Positions 9,858-17,510 of a stretch of DNA of 64,000 nucleotides are shown here, one piece after another. Position 1 is the first letter of the stretch, and each line of letters starts with the position of its first letter. The translations under genes and the position numbers were made by a program. Location of the stretch: the NCBI GenBank assembly GCA_016930935.1, contig JAFGFT010000019.1, positions 5,664 through 69,663 on the forward strand. Reading direction: 5' to 3'. The stretch is from Dehalococcoidia bacterium (GTDB lineage Bacteria; Chloroflexota; Dehalococcoidia; GIF9; AB-539-J10). The notes beneath the pieces were generated by a model. That model was not told where the DNA came from, searched no databases, and saw nothing but the letters and a program-made list of their open reading frames with translations.

Positions 9858-9879
9858 CAGGCGTACCGTTACTCCCTGC

Positions 9880-9914
9880 AAAAAGACAAAACCGCCCTCT
9901 CACCGAGGCCGGTT
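9880..9914 (-). terminator. Intrinsic terminator overlapping the 3' end of the riboswitch aptamer
   Basis: AAACCG-GCCUC-GGUGA-GAGGG-CGGUUUU-GUCUUUU (one mismatch). Confidence 0.65.
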
Positions 9915-9975
9915 TCGCCACTGGCTCCGCGCACCCCCGGCGACCAGATCGCGGGGCACGCATCAACGCCTCCTC
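9905..9975 (-). promoter_or_regulatory. c-di-GMP-II-like riboswitch
   Basis: GAGG-AGGCGUUGAUG-CGUGCCCC...GGUCGCC-GGGGGUGCG-CGGAGCCAGU-GGCGAAACC-GG-CCUC: P1 GAGG/CCUC, kink-turn-like UGAUG/GGA, P3 stem, pseudoknot GGUCGCC/GGCGAAACC, by eye against the RF01786 consensus. Confidence 0.8.
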
Positions 9976-10024
9976 TAGTTGTTGACGCCTCTGTCAGTAT
10001 TCTCTCTGCTTGTCTCTCTCCCTG

Positions 10025-10459
10025 TCAGTAGACTCTGGATGCTGAACCCTCCGGCGTACAGGCAAACCCGCCCGCCGAAGTCAGGTTTCTCTCTTCCTTC
10101 GTGGACCGTGACAACAACATCCTTACCCTCGCCAGCATCTCCCGCGCATCCAGCGGCATAGGAAGATAGGCATCCGCCCCCATCTCCAGGAATGGGACCC
10201 CGGCAACCTCTTCATAGTCATCGCCGAGCACGATTTTCGGCATGTCGAACAACCGGAACATCTGCCGCGCCACCCCACAGTCACACATTGCCGGACAGTG
10301 CTGCGCGACAATCACCAGGTCGGCCTCAGACCGGCGCTGCCCAACTGCCACATTCCGGCTTCCCACCCCCACATCAACCTGATAGCCGGTATGGCGGAGA
10401 AAAAACGCGATTCGCTCCCGGCGTTCACAGTCGGGGTCCAGCAGCAGTATCCGTTGCAT
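10025..10459 (-). CDS. Stand-alone atypical response regulator receiver domain
   Basis: RILLLD..., DLVIVA, LEMGADAYLPMP...EMLARVRMLL; phospho-acceptor Asp position is Ala; no output domain. Confidence 0.7.
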   Translation of the reverse strand: MQRILLLDPDCERRERIAFFLRHTGYQVDVGVGSRNVAVGQRRSEADLVIVAQHCPAMCDCGVARQMFRLFDMPKIVLGDDYEEVAGVPFLEMGADAYLPMPLDAREMLARVRMLLSRSTKEERNLTSAGGFACTPEGSASRVY

Positions 10460-11034
10460 GACCCAATCCAACACATTGCAAGGGTGGCTCAACACACTGG
10501 TGGGTACAGTGCAACGGAAGAGGAGAATGGTGGAAGAATGGAAGCAAAAGGTCGCGGCAGGGTATAAATTGGTGCCTATCTGGTCAACGCGACAACGATG
10601 GCTCGACGGAGGGATTCTCTGTCATCGCCTTCATCACATTCTCTGCACCACCACCCTGCGGCACTATGGAATCGAGCCGGGGTGGTGGCCGCCAATGTCG
10701 ACACGATTATCGGCAGTGCGAACCGTTCAACAAGACCTCGTTCCCGAACCCATGGCTCCGGACGCAACTACCGCGGTCGGCACATGAAGATGCCGACTTT
10801 TCCCGGTCAGCCTCTCACATTGTCCTTCCTCCTCACCACACGCATTCTGCATCTGTCACGTGGCCTGTTGCACAGGGAGACGTTGGCCTGTGCTTCACGC
10901 CTGCGCGGAAGCCTGTTCACCTCTTCCGCACTCCGAACGGAGCGGCGCCTCAAGGCATTGACGGACACGTATGCCGCGCCACACAGTGCCGAGAGCGAAC
11001 CGTCCTTCGGCAGCACAGACCGTGAAACGGGACT

Positions 11035-11067
11035 GCGAGGGCGGGGCCAGTGGCCCCACCCTCACGC
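11035..11067 (-). terminator. Hairpin downstream of the second TED-bearing gene
   Basis: GAGGGCGGGGCCA-G-TGGCCCCACCCTC; resembles the 4716-4740 hairpin. Confidence 0.55.
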
Positions 11068-11088
11068 TATCGCGCCGGTCTCAAGACG

Positions 11089-12270
11089 CTACGGGTCAAT
11101 CTCCACGAAAACGGTCTGGTAGCTGATGCCATCCTGACAGATGACTGCCGCCAACTGGCCGGCTCCGGGGATGAAACCTGCAGAGTTCGCGTTGGCGTCC
11201 GCGATGAGGACCTGCGAGATGTCCGCCGCAGGGGGTGACCAGCCACCCGGCTGGTAATTCCAGTACGCCCGCTGCCGCGCGGAGTGGGTCATCACTCCCG
11301 AGAGCCCGCCCACTGTCATCTGGAGCCCGTCGAAGTTGTACGGCGGGTCACGATACGCGGGCCGGTTCAACAGGTAGTTGATGGGCTCCCATGCAGGCAT
11401 TCCTATGGTCGAGATGAGCGTCACGTCGAGTTCCACAACTGAGGATGTCTCGAACTCGAAGCACCATGCCGGCCACGGGTTGCCGAGCTCCAGCCACTCA
11501 TACCCTGCGGGTACGCTGCTGAAGTACGCGTCGAAGTACGACCGCGGAGAACCGTACGAGTCAAGCGTCGGCGAGTACGCGCCCTGCAACACAAGGTGTA
11601 CCGGTGTAGACGGCAGGTCGAGTACTTTCTGCACGACCGGCTCGCACAGGTTCCACTGGACCGCCTCCATGGCGAACGAGACACTCCCTGTCAGGCCCTG
11701 CACTGCCGGGTCCTGCGGAAGTTGTGCGTAGATGTTGACCTCGAACTCTTCGCACTCGTGGACCTGGTAGTAGCCGTCCACGATGAACAAGAGAGTGTCC
11801 ATCGCCCCTGATGACGTGGTGCCGTCAGGCCAGACAATCTCCCACCACACATACGGGGCAAGCTCCGGGGGCGCGACGTCGAAGTTCTCGAGCGTCACGT
11901 GAGCAGGGACGCCATAGTAATGAATGAGAAGGTCTGCCTTGAACAACGGTCCGGGGAACAGGTTGTCGAACAGGACGGTGGCCGTGTCGTTCAGAACGTT
12001 CTCCTCGTCAGCGATTGCTTGCGCCGAGGCGATGAGCTTGTAGTCAGGATCAATCATCTCCTCTTCAAGCACGACTATCCCGCCGGTCGAGAGAATCTTG
12101 TACACGAGCGTCTCAGACGTGTCCTCGATAACAAGGTCGACTTCACCGGTTGAGACCGTTCCATGTACGACAACTTCGTCCGTCCACGAGGCGAACGCAC
12201 CTCCGCACAGTCCCACGCCGAGGACCATGGCCATGGTCATGAGGCCCAGTCTTCTGAGTCTGCTTCTCAT
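11089..12270 (-). CDS. SipW-class signal peptide protein with C-terminal putative thioester domain; paralog of 4767-5960
   Basis: Start MRSRLRR (GGAGG RBS); GGAFA/SWTDEVVVHGTVSTGEVDL; AVQWN; AWCFE...WEPINYLLN...RQRAYW...SYQTVF. Confidence 0.77.
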   Translation of the reverse strand: MRSRLRRLGLMTMAMVLGVGLCGGAFASWTDEVVVHGTVSTGEVDLVIEDTSETLVYKILSTGGIVVLEEEMIDPDYKLIASAQAIADEENVLNDTATVLFDNLFPGPLFKADLLIHYYGVPAHVTLENFDVAPPELAPYVWWEIVWPDGTTSSGAMDTLLFIVDGYYQVHECEEFEVNIYAQLPQDPAVQGLTGSVSFAMEAVQWNLCEPVVQKVLDLPSTPVHLVLQGAYSPTLDSYGSPRSYFDAYFSSVPAGYEWLELGNPWPAWCFEFETSSVVELDVTLISTIGMPAWEPINYLLNRPAYRDPPYNFDGLQMTVGGLSGVMTHSARQRAYWNYQPGGWSPPAADISQVLIADANANSAGFIPGAGQLAAVICQDGISYQTVFVEIDP

Positions 12271-12304
12271 GCCACACCTCCATTCAGCCAATCAGTCGCG
12301 GGAC

Positions 12305-12958
12305 TCACGGAGCAGGTTCGTTCCACTGAGTGTTGGTGATGGTGCAGGTGAACGAGCCGCTCTTGCTCATGAGCTCATCAAGCTGGTCGAGGTGGAACCA
12401 GAACCAGAGCTTGACGCGGTCGCAGAACTCCCACTGGTAGTAGAAGGGCTCGCTCATGAAGTCGATCTCCTCCAAGGTGTCATAGTTGTAGGCCTCGATG
12501 GACATCGTTTCGCCGAGCAGGGGGTCGCCCTCCCACTCACAGTCGACGGTCAGGTGCGCAGGGATACCTCCGATGTAGTGCAGACCTATGTCGATGCCGT
12601 GCCAGACACAGGGGAACAGGTTCCAGTACACGACCTCGAATGTCGGAGGAACCTCTATCTCGCGTCCTTCCGAAGCATCGAACGGGTCGACATCTACGAT
12701 ATCGGCATAGGAGACGAGCAGCATCTCGGGCGGTATGGGATCGAGAGGAGCGCCCAACGTAACGACTTCATCAGTCACAAGGTCCTTGTAGACCCAGACC
12801 TCAGAGAGTTGGTAGATCCTCCAGCCAAAATCCGCGGTGGTGACCGTACCCGACACAACGACTTGATCCGTCCAGGAGGCGAAGCCCGCGCCCATGACAG
12901 CAACGGCGAACACCAGCGCCAACATGAGCATTCCAACCTTTCCCAATCTTCCTCGCAT
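12305..12958 (-). CDS. SipW-class signal peptide (TasA/CalY-like) protein; paralog of 5988-6716
   Basis: GAGFA/SWTDQVVVSGTVTTADF; NLFPCVW; LHYIGGIPA; CDRV; C-terminal TQWNE. Confidence 0.8.
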   Translation of the reverse strand: MRGRLGKVGMLMLALVFAVAVMGAGFASWTDQVVVSGTVTTADFGWRIYQLSEVWVYKDLVTDEVVTLGAPLDPIPPEMLLVSYADIVDVDPFDASEGREIEVPPTFEVVYWNLFPCVWHGIDIGLHYIGGIPAHLTVDCEWEGDPLLGETMSIEAYNYDTLEEIDFMSEPFYYQWEFCDRVKLWFWFHLDQLDELMSKSGSFTCTITNTQWNEPAP

Positions 12959-13050
12959 CTTCTTACTCCTTCACGAATAACGCAGGCACAATCCTCTTGT
13001 GCCCATCACAGGCGCCACCAGCCTGTAAGCATCAACTCGCGCCTGTGCGC

Positions 13051-13164
13051 AAGACTGCCCGTATCGACCACGCACCACCCGCTGACAGTTGCGAGACAAC
13101 CCTCACCACTCCTCTCACCAGGTTGCTACGCCCGGACATCCGTATCGCGTCCTGCGGGGCACCA
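13051..13164 (-). ncRNA. Candidate structured RNA motif A, copy 4
   Basis: UGGU-GCCCC-GCAGGAC...GUCCGG...GGUCGAUA-CGGGC-AGUC. Confidence 0.4.
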
Positions 13165-13344
13165 CATCTCTTCTCGCGCTCGTGTCTGTCTTGTATCTTG
13201 ATTCACGGCGTGTCTCTCGGGATACCCTTCCCCACGCCCGGGATCGACCGGTCCACCGGCACTGGATGCGCCCTGCCCCCCGGCGATTCGGCTGGAAGAG
13301 ACAGTGTGTTGTGTCCTGCGATTGTGATCCTCCTTCACCAGAGA

Positions 13345-13371
13345 CCAAAAAACCGACCCTGAGGTCGGTTT
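13345..13371 (-). terminator. Intrinsic terminator overlapping the 3' end of the riboswitch aptamer
   Basis: AACCGACC-UCAG-GGUCGGUU-UUUU. Confidence 0.8.
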
Positions 13372-13435
13372 CGCCATTGGCTCCGCGCGCCACACCGGCG
13401 ACCATATGAAAGGACGCGCATCAACGCCTCCCCAG
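13359..13435 (-). promoter_or_regulatory. c-di-GMP-II-like riboswitch
   Basis: CUGGGG-AGGCGUUGAU-GCGCGUC...GGUCGCC...GGCGCGC-GGAGCCAAU-GGCGAAACC-GA-CCUCAG; P1, P3 and pseudoknot all pair. Confidence 0.82.
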
Positions 13436-13546
13436 CAGACTTGCGTCTTCTCTAACTCATCTTGCTCCGCGCGCCACTCCGGCGACCACATGATAGGACG
13501 CGCACATCAACGCCTCCTCAACAGACTTACGTCATCTCTTCCATCT
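13380..13546. repeat. ~84-nt tandem direct repeat; the upstream copy is a 3'-truncated riboswitch aptamer
   Basis: 13380-13462 and 13464-13546 both begin GCTCCGCGCGCCAC.CCGGCGACCA.ATGA.AGGACGCGCA. Confidence 0.85.
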
Positions 13547-13915
13547 CACAGCAGTGTCCGCCCACTGCGCCCGCACCCGTAGGACGGAAGCACCGCTGCT
13601 ACATCGAGGAACATCCCGTCTGCCGAATGGGCGTGCAACCATTCACACTTGATTGCAGGGGGTCTGAGCACGGAGGGCCACTCACCTTCTGCGCTCATGC
13701 GGAGGCATCATCGTACCCCGGCAACAGCATAATCCAGCCGACGCACACCAGGACCTTCGCCCCTCTTCCATCGAGTGCGGGACTCGCGGTAAAGAAGTAC
13801 AGGGTTGCAGGAGGCGGCGAGTGTACTGTGTCGCGTCCAACCGTGCAGTGCCTGTTGCGAGGAAACCCGGGGGAAGAACAGGGCTCAACCGTGCCATTCG
13901 GGAGGCATCCGGTGC

Positions 13916-14614
13916 CTAGTCAGTAGCTGAAGTTGCAGAAAGCATGTAGCCAACGCCGCGACGATTGACGATGTAGCGCGGCTCGGCAGGGTCTTCTTCC
14001 AGCTTCGCACGTAGGCGATGGATGTACTTCTTGACGAATTCGGGGTCCGCGTAGCCCTCATTACCCCACACCCGGCCAAGAAGATCCTGACGGGTCACCA
14101 CCGTGCCCTCATGTTTCGCAAGCTGACACAGCACCTTGAACTCCGTGGGCGTGAGCGTGGCACGCCTGCCATCGATGCGAACTTCCTGCGTGCCGAAATC
14201 GATGCTCAGCGCGCCGTTGAAGTACTTCGATTCCTCTGACATCGAGCCCGTCCCCACGCGACGCAGCAGTGCATTCACGCGGGCAATGAACTCCATGGGA
14301 ATCGAGGACGGGCGTATCCAGTCATCCGCTCCTGTCTCAAGCGTGCGGACCTTCGCAACGACGTCGTCGAATTGACCAACAACTATGAGGGGAACATCGC
14401 TGAAGGAACGAACCTGGGTGATGGCATCACAACAACGGGCGACGTCTTCGTCACAGGCGATGAGAAACAGTGAGGGCTCCTCTCTGCGGAGCGCGGCAAT
14501 GCTCTCACGAGCGTCACTGGTTCGTTGAATGACGAGGTTGCGCCATCTCACCTGGAGAATGACACGAAGGGTCTCTGCCAGTTCCTCCGTTCCACCCAGT
14601 ATCACCGCCTTCAT
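13916..14614 (-). CDS. OmpR/KdpE-family response regulator with atypical receiver
   Basis: C-terminal winged helix LTPTEFKVL...YIHRLRAKLEEDPAEPRYIVNRRGVGY; receiver lacks the acidic pair and phospho-Asp. Confidence 0.88.
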   Translation of the reverse strand: MKAVILGGTEELAETLRVILQVRWRNLVIQRTSDARESIAALRREEPSLFLIACDEDVARCCDAITQVRSFSDVPLIVVGQFDDVVAKVRTLETGADDWIRPSSIPMEFIARVNALLRRVGTGSMSEESKYFNGALSIDFGTQEVRIDGRRATLTPTEFKVLCQLAKHEGTVVTRQDLLGRVWGNEGYADPEFVKKYIHRLRAKLEEDPAEPRYIVNRRGVGYMLSATSATD

Positions 14615-14879
14615 TTCCAGCCCACCGCACCCTACAGGCCCAGCACGACCCCGGGGCTCCCCGGGGTTCCTAATGCGACAAATCAAGATGTGACAATCGT
14701 CACGCGTACCATAATACTATGCCGAGTCTGCTTGTCAACACCCACCACCTCACACAAGCCACAATTCAGAGAGATTCTTCATCGAATATGACCATCGTCT
14801 GCGATGTCAATGACTTTCTGGTGATGGACAGACAGGGCCTTTGTGGCTAGAGTGAAGTCACTGCAACTGGAGTAATGTC

Positions 14880-15086
14880 ATGGAACAGACCACAACCGTC
14901 GCGGAAAGCCGAACTGGATTGCTCTCGACCGCTCAAGCGGCCGAGATGCTCGGCGTGCACCCCAACACCATCCGCAACTGGGCCGACGCAGGATTGCTGA
15001 ATGCATTCCGCATCGGTCCGCGACGAGACCGGCGCTTCCTCCGCGCTGACCTCGATACATTCCTCACTTCGGACGCACACGCCTAG
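14880..15086 (+). CDS. Small HTH_17/excisionase-family (BldC-like) DNA-binding protein
   Basis: LLSTAQAAEMLGVHPNTIRNWADAGLLNAFRIGPRRDRRF; GGAG RBS. Confidence 0.85.
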   Translation: MEQTTTVAESRTGLLSTAQAAEMLGVHPNTIRNWADAGLLNAFRIGPRRDRRFLRADLDTFLTSDAHA

Positions 15087-15256
15087 GCCACCGCCCAGAA
15101 ATACGCATCACCACATCCACCCCTTTTCTCTTCAATTTTGCGTCACCGCACACGGTGCCGCCGGTAGCGTTTCAACACCTCGTGGGATATACTTTTGACA
15201 CGGGAAGGGATGTGACGGCCTGTCTGGCCCTCATAACGCGAAAGGAGGCCATCTGG

Positions 15257-15514
15257 ATGCGGTCAAGTCTCATCGGTAAGATCGAGAAAGCAAGGCGGTA
15301 CGCCAAAGAACCCGGCCGTGTGACGTTGAGCGGACTCACCGCCGATTTTCACGGCGAGAACGCCGAACACAAGGTCAACTATGTAGACGGGAAGTGGTCC
15401 TGCACATGTGACTTCTTCGGACAGTGGGAGACCTGTAGCCATGTGATGGCCCTGCAGGAGATGTTCAAGCAGGAGCTTCCGAGAGAGGCTCTGGCCTCAT
15501 TGCCTGAAGACTAG
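15257..15514 (+). CDS. Conserved hypothetical protein with SWIM-type zinc finger
   Basis: AAGGAGG RBS; MRSSLIGKIEKARRYA; CTC...CSH motif. Confidence 0.75.
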   Translation: MRSSLIGKIEKARRYAKEPGRVTLSGLTADFHGENAEHKVNYVDGKWSCTCDFFGQWETCSHVMALQEMFKQELPREALASLPED

Positions 15515-15574
15515 CCTCCCGCTCATATCGGTGTGAGGGCATTGCGCCATCGCATCATATTGATGTTCGCATTC

Positions 15575-16909
15575 TCAGCGAATGCTTGGTTGCCAGTCAT
15601 TCCATAGCCGCAACACATCCGCCACAAGGTACAACGAACCAGCCACGCAGACTATCCCCTCTTCCCCTGCCATCTGGCGTGCACGATAGATTGCCTCCAT
15701 CGGTTCAGGTTCTACTCTGACATCCAGTCCAAGTCCGGTCAGTCGCATCGCCACGTCACTCGGACGGGCAGCACGCGGCTGGCTGGAAGCCGTGAGCACG
15801 AACCGCGCTCCGAGCCATCCGAGCTCCGCCACAGACCCCACCATGTCCTTGTCGGAAGAGAAACCAAGCACGAACACCACGCACCGCCGGGGCCGTATGG
15901 CATCCATGCTCTGCGCAACCCTGCGCATCGATGCCGCGTTGTGCGCTCCATCAACCACCACGAGAGGATGCCTGCTCAGTACTTGAAACCTGCCCTGCCA
16001 TTCAACCGCACCAAGTCCGCGTTCGATACACCGCTCATCGAGTCTCACGCCACTTTCACTCAGCGCATGCAGCGCAGTCACAGCCACTGTTGCGTTCTCA
16101 GACTGGAACAACCCGGCAAGTGGTATGTGACATAGGGTCTCACCCCACGGGCCGGATACCGCCACGTCCTGTCCTGCGAGGTCGCTACCTGACACGACCC
16201 AGGACACCTCCACCCCAACTCGCACGAGCCGGACGTCGCGGTCACGACAGACCGCACAGATGACCGCATCGGCCTCCGGCAACTGAGGTGCGCTCACCAC
16301 GAGCGCCCCCGGCTTGATGATTCCCGCCTTCTCGGCAGCTATCTTCCCGATGGTGTTGCCAAGCACGGCGGTATGTTCGAGGCTGATAGGGGTGATAGCA
16401 CACACGTCCGGCTTCACCACATTGGTCGTGTCCAGCCTGCCCCCCAACCCCACCTCCACGACCTGGACATCCACGTTCATGCTACGGAAGTGCAGGAAGC
16501 AGAGCACCGTCAATATCTCGAAATAGGTGAATTGCCTCCACCGTGAATCGGCACGCATTGAGTCCAGGTGCGGACGTGCGGTCTCCAGCGCCGCAAGGAG
16601 TTCCCCTGGAGAAACGCATACTCCATCCACCCTGATGCGCTCCCCGAGATGCAGCAGGTGAGGAGAAGTGTACAGACCAGTCCTGTAGCCACACGCACTC
16701 AGGGCGCTTGCCGTCATCGCGGCAACACTGCCCTTGCCCTTGCTGCCCGCAACGTGGACAGTGCGGGGACCGATGTGCGGATTGCCAAGACGCCTCAGGA
16801 CCTCGTGCACATGGTCCAGGTTGTATCCCTCAGAGGCGAAGCCAAACCCGGGAATCACCTCGTAGTTGACGAAGGAGTCCAGATAACGTTCAATCGCAGT
16901 GTAGTCCAT
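15575..16909 (-). CDS. folC: Folylpolyglutamate synthase/dihydrofolate synthase
   Basis: HVAGSKGKGS, YTSPHL, EVGLGGRLDTTN, DGAHN, GSLYL. Confidence 0.95.
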   Translation of the reverse strand: MDYTAIERYLDSFVNYEVIPGFGFASEGYNLDHVHEVLRRLGNPHIGPRTVHVAGSKGKGSVAAMTASALSACGYRTGLYTSPHLLHLGERIRVDGVCVSPGELLAALETARPHLDSMRADSRWRQFTYFEILTVLCFLHFRSMNVDVQVVEVGLGGRLDTTNVVKPDVCAITPISLEHTAVLGNTIGKIAAEKAGIIKPGALVVSAPQLPEADAVICAVCRDRDVRLVRVGVEVSWVVSGSDLAGQDVAVSGPWGETLCHIPLAGLFQSENATVAVTALHALSESGVRLDERCIERGLGAVEWQGRFQVLSRHPLVVVDGAHNAASMRRVAQSMDAIRPRRCVVFVLGFSSDKDMVGSVAELGWLGARFVLTASSQPRAARPSDVAMRLTGLGLDVRVEPEPMEAIYRARQMAGEEGIVCVAGSLYLVADVLRLWNDWQPSIR

Positions 16910-17014
16910 TGCAGTAGCGGCCGATTATACCATCGCAGGACGGCATGTCCTTGCAACAGCAGCAAGCGAGTCCTACAATGTTCAACAGTATTCATCATCT
17001 GGAGGGACAACCGC

Positions 17015-17449
17015 GTGGCGCAACAGATTTACTATGAGGACGTGGTGGAAGGGCAGGAGATTCCATCTCTCAAGAAGCACCCGACGAGGCGACAGCTCGT
17101 GATGTGGGCAGGAGCCTCAGAGGACTTCTATGAGATTCACTACGACACTGAATTCGCGAAGAAGAACCAGCTTGGCACCTGCATAGTGCACGGCCGCCTC
17201 AAGGCCTCGTTCCTCGGCCAGCTCCTCACGGACTGGGCAGGCGCAGGTGGGGTGCTCCAGAAGTTGAGCTGTCGCTACAAGGGCACGGACCTTGTCGATA
17301 CAGACATGTTCATCAAGGGCACCGTGACAAAGAAATACGTGGAGGGGAACGAACACCGTATCGAGCTCGATGTATGGACGGAGAGGGAGGACGGCGTCAA
17401 GACGACACAGGGAACCGCGGTGGTGGTACTGCCCAACCACAGCAACTGA
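17015..17449 (+). CDS. MaoC-family (hotdog) dehydratase subunit
   Basis: GTG start after GGAGG; YYEDVVEG, WAGASEDFYEIHYD, IVHG. Confidence 0.85.
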   Translation: MAQQIYYEDVVEGQEIPSLKKHPTRRQLVMWAGASEDFYEIHYDTEFAKKNQLGTCIVHGRLKASFLGQLLTDWAGAGGVLQKLSCRYKGTDLVDTDMFIKGTVTKKYVEGNEHRIELDVWTEREDGVKTTQGTAVVVLPNHSN

Positions 17450-17510
17450 CACTGCCCCTGAACATGTCCTGCCGTACACATACGGCATTTTTCGCAAGGA
17501 GGATGACCCG

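Noticed and set aside
10460-11030. ORFs in the gap between the two SipW-class operons
   Set aside because: No RBS, motif or coding-like composition; probably a promoter region
5280-13201. Long plus-strand ORFs (5280-6734, 6880-7944, 8382-9776, 12098-13201)
   Set aside because: Antisense shadows of the SipW-class genes; typical of high-GC codon bias, with no motifs
13380-13546. Direct repeat as a CRISPR array
   Set aside because: Only two ~84-nt units, no spacers and no cas genes; explained by riboswitch duplication
14880-15086. Excisionase indicating a prophage or ICE
   Set aside because: No integrase, att-like repeat, tRNA or phage genes in the window
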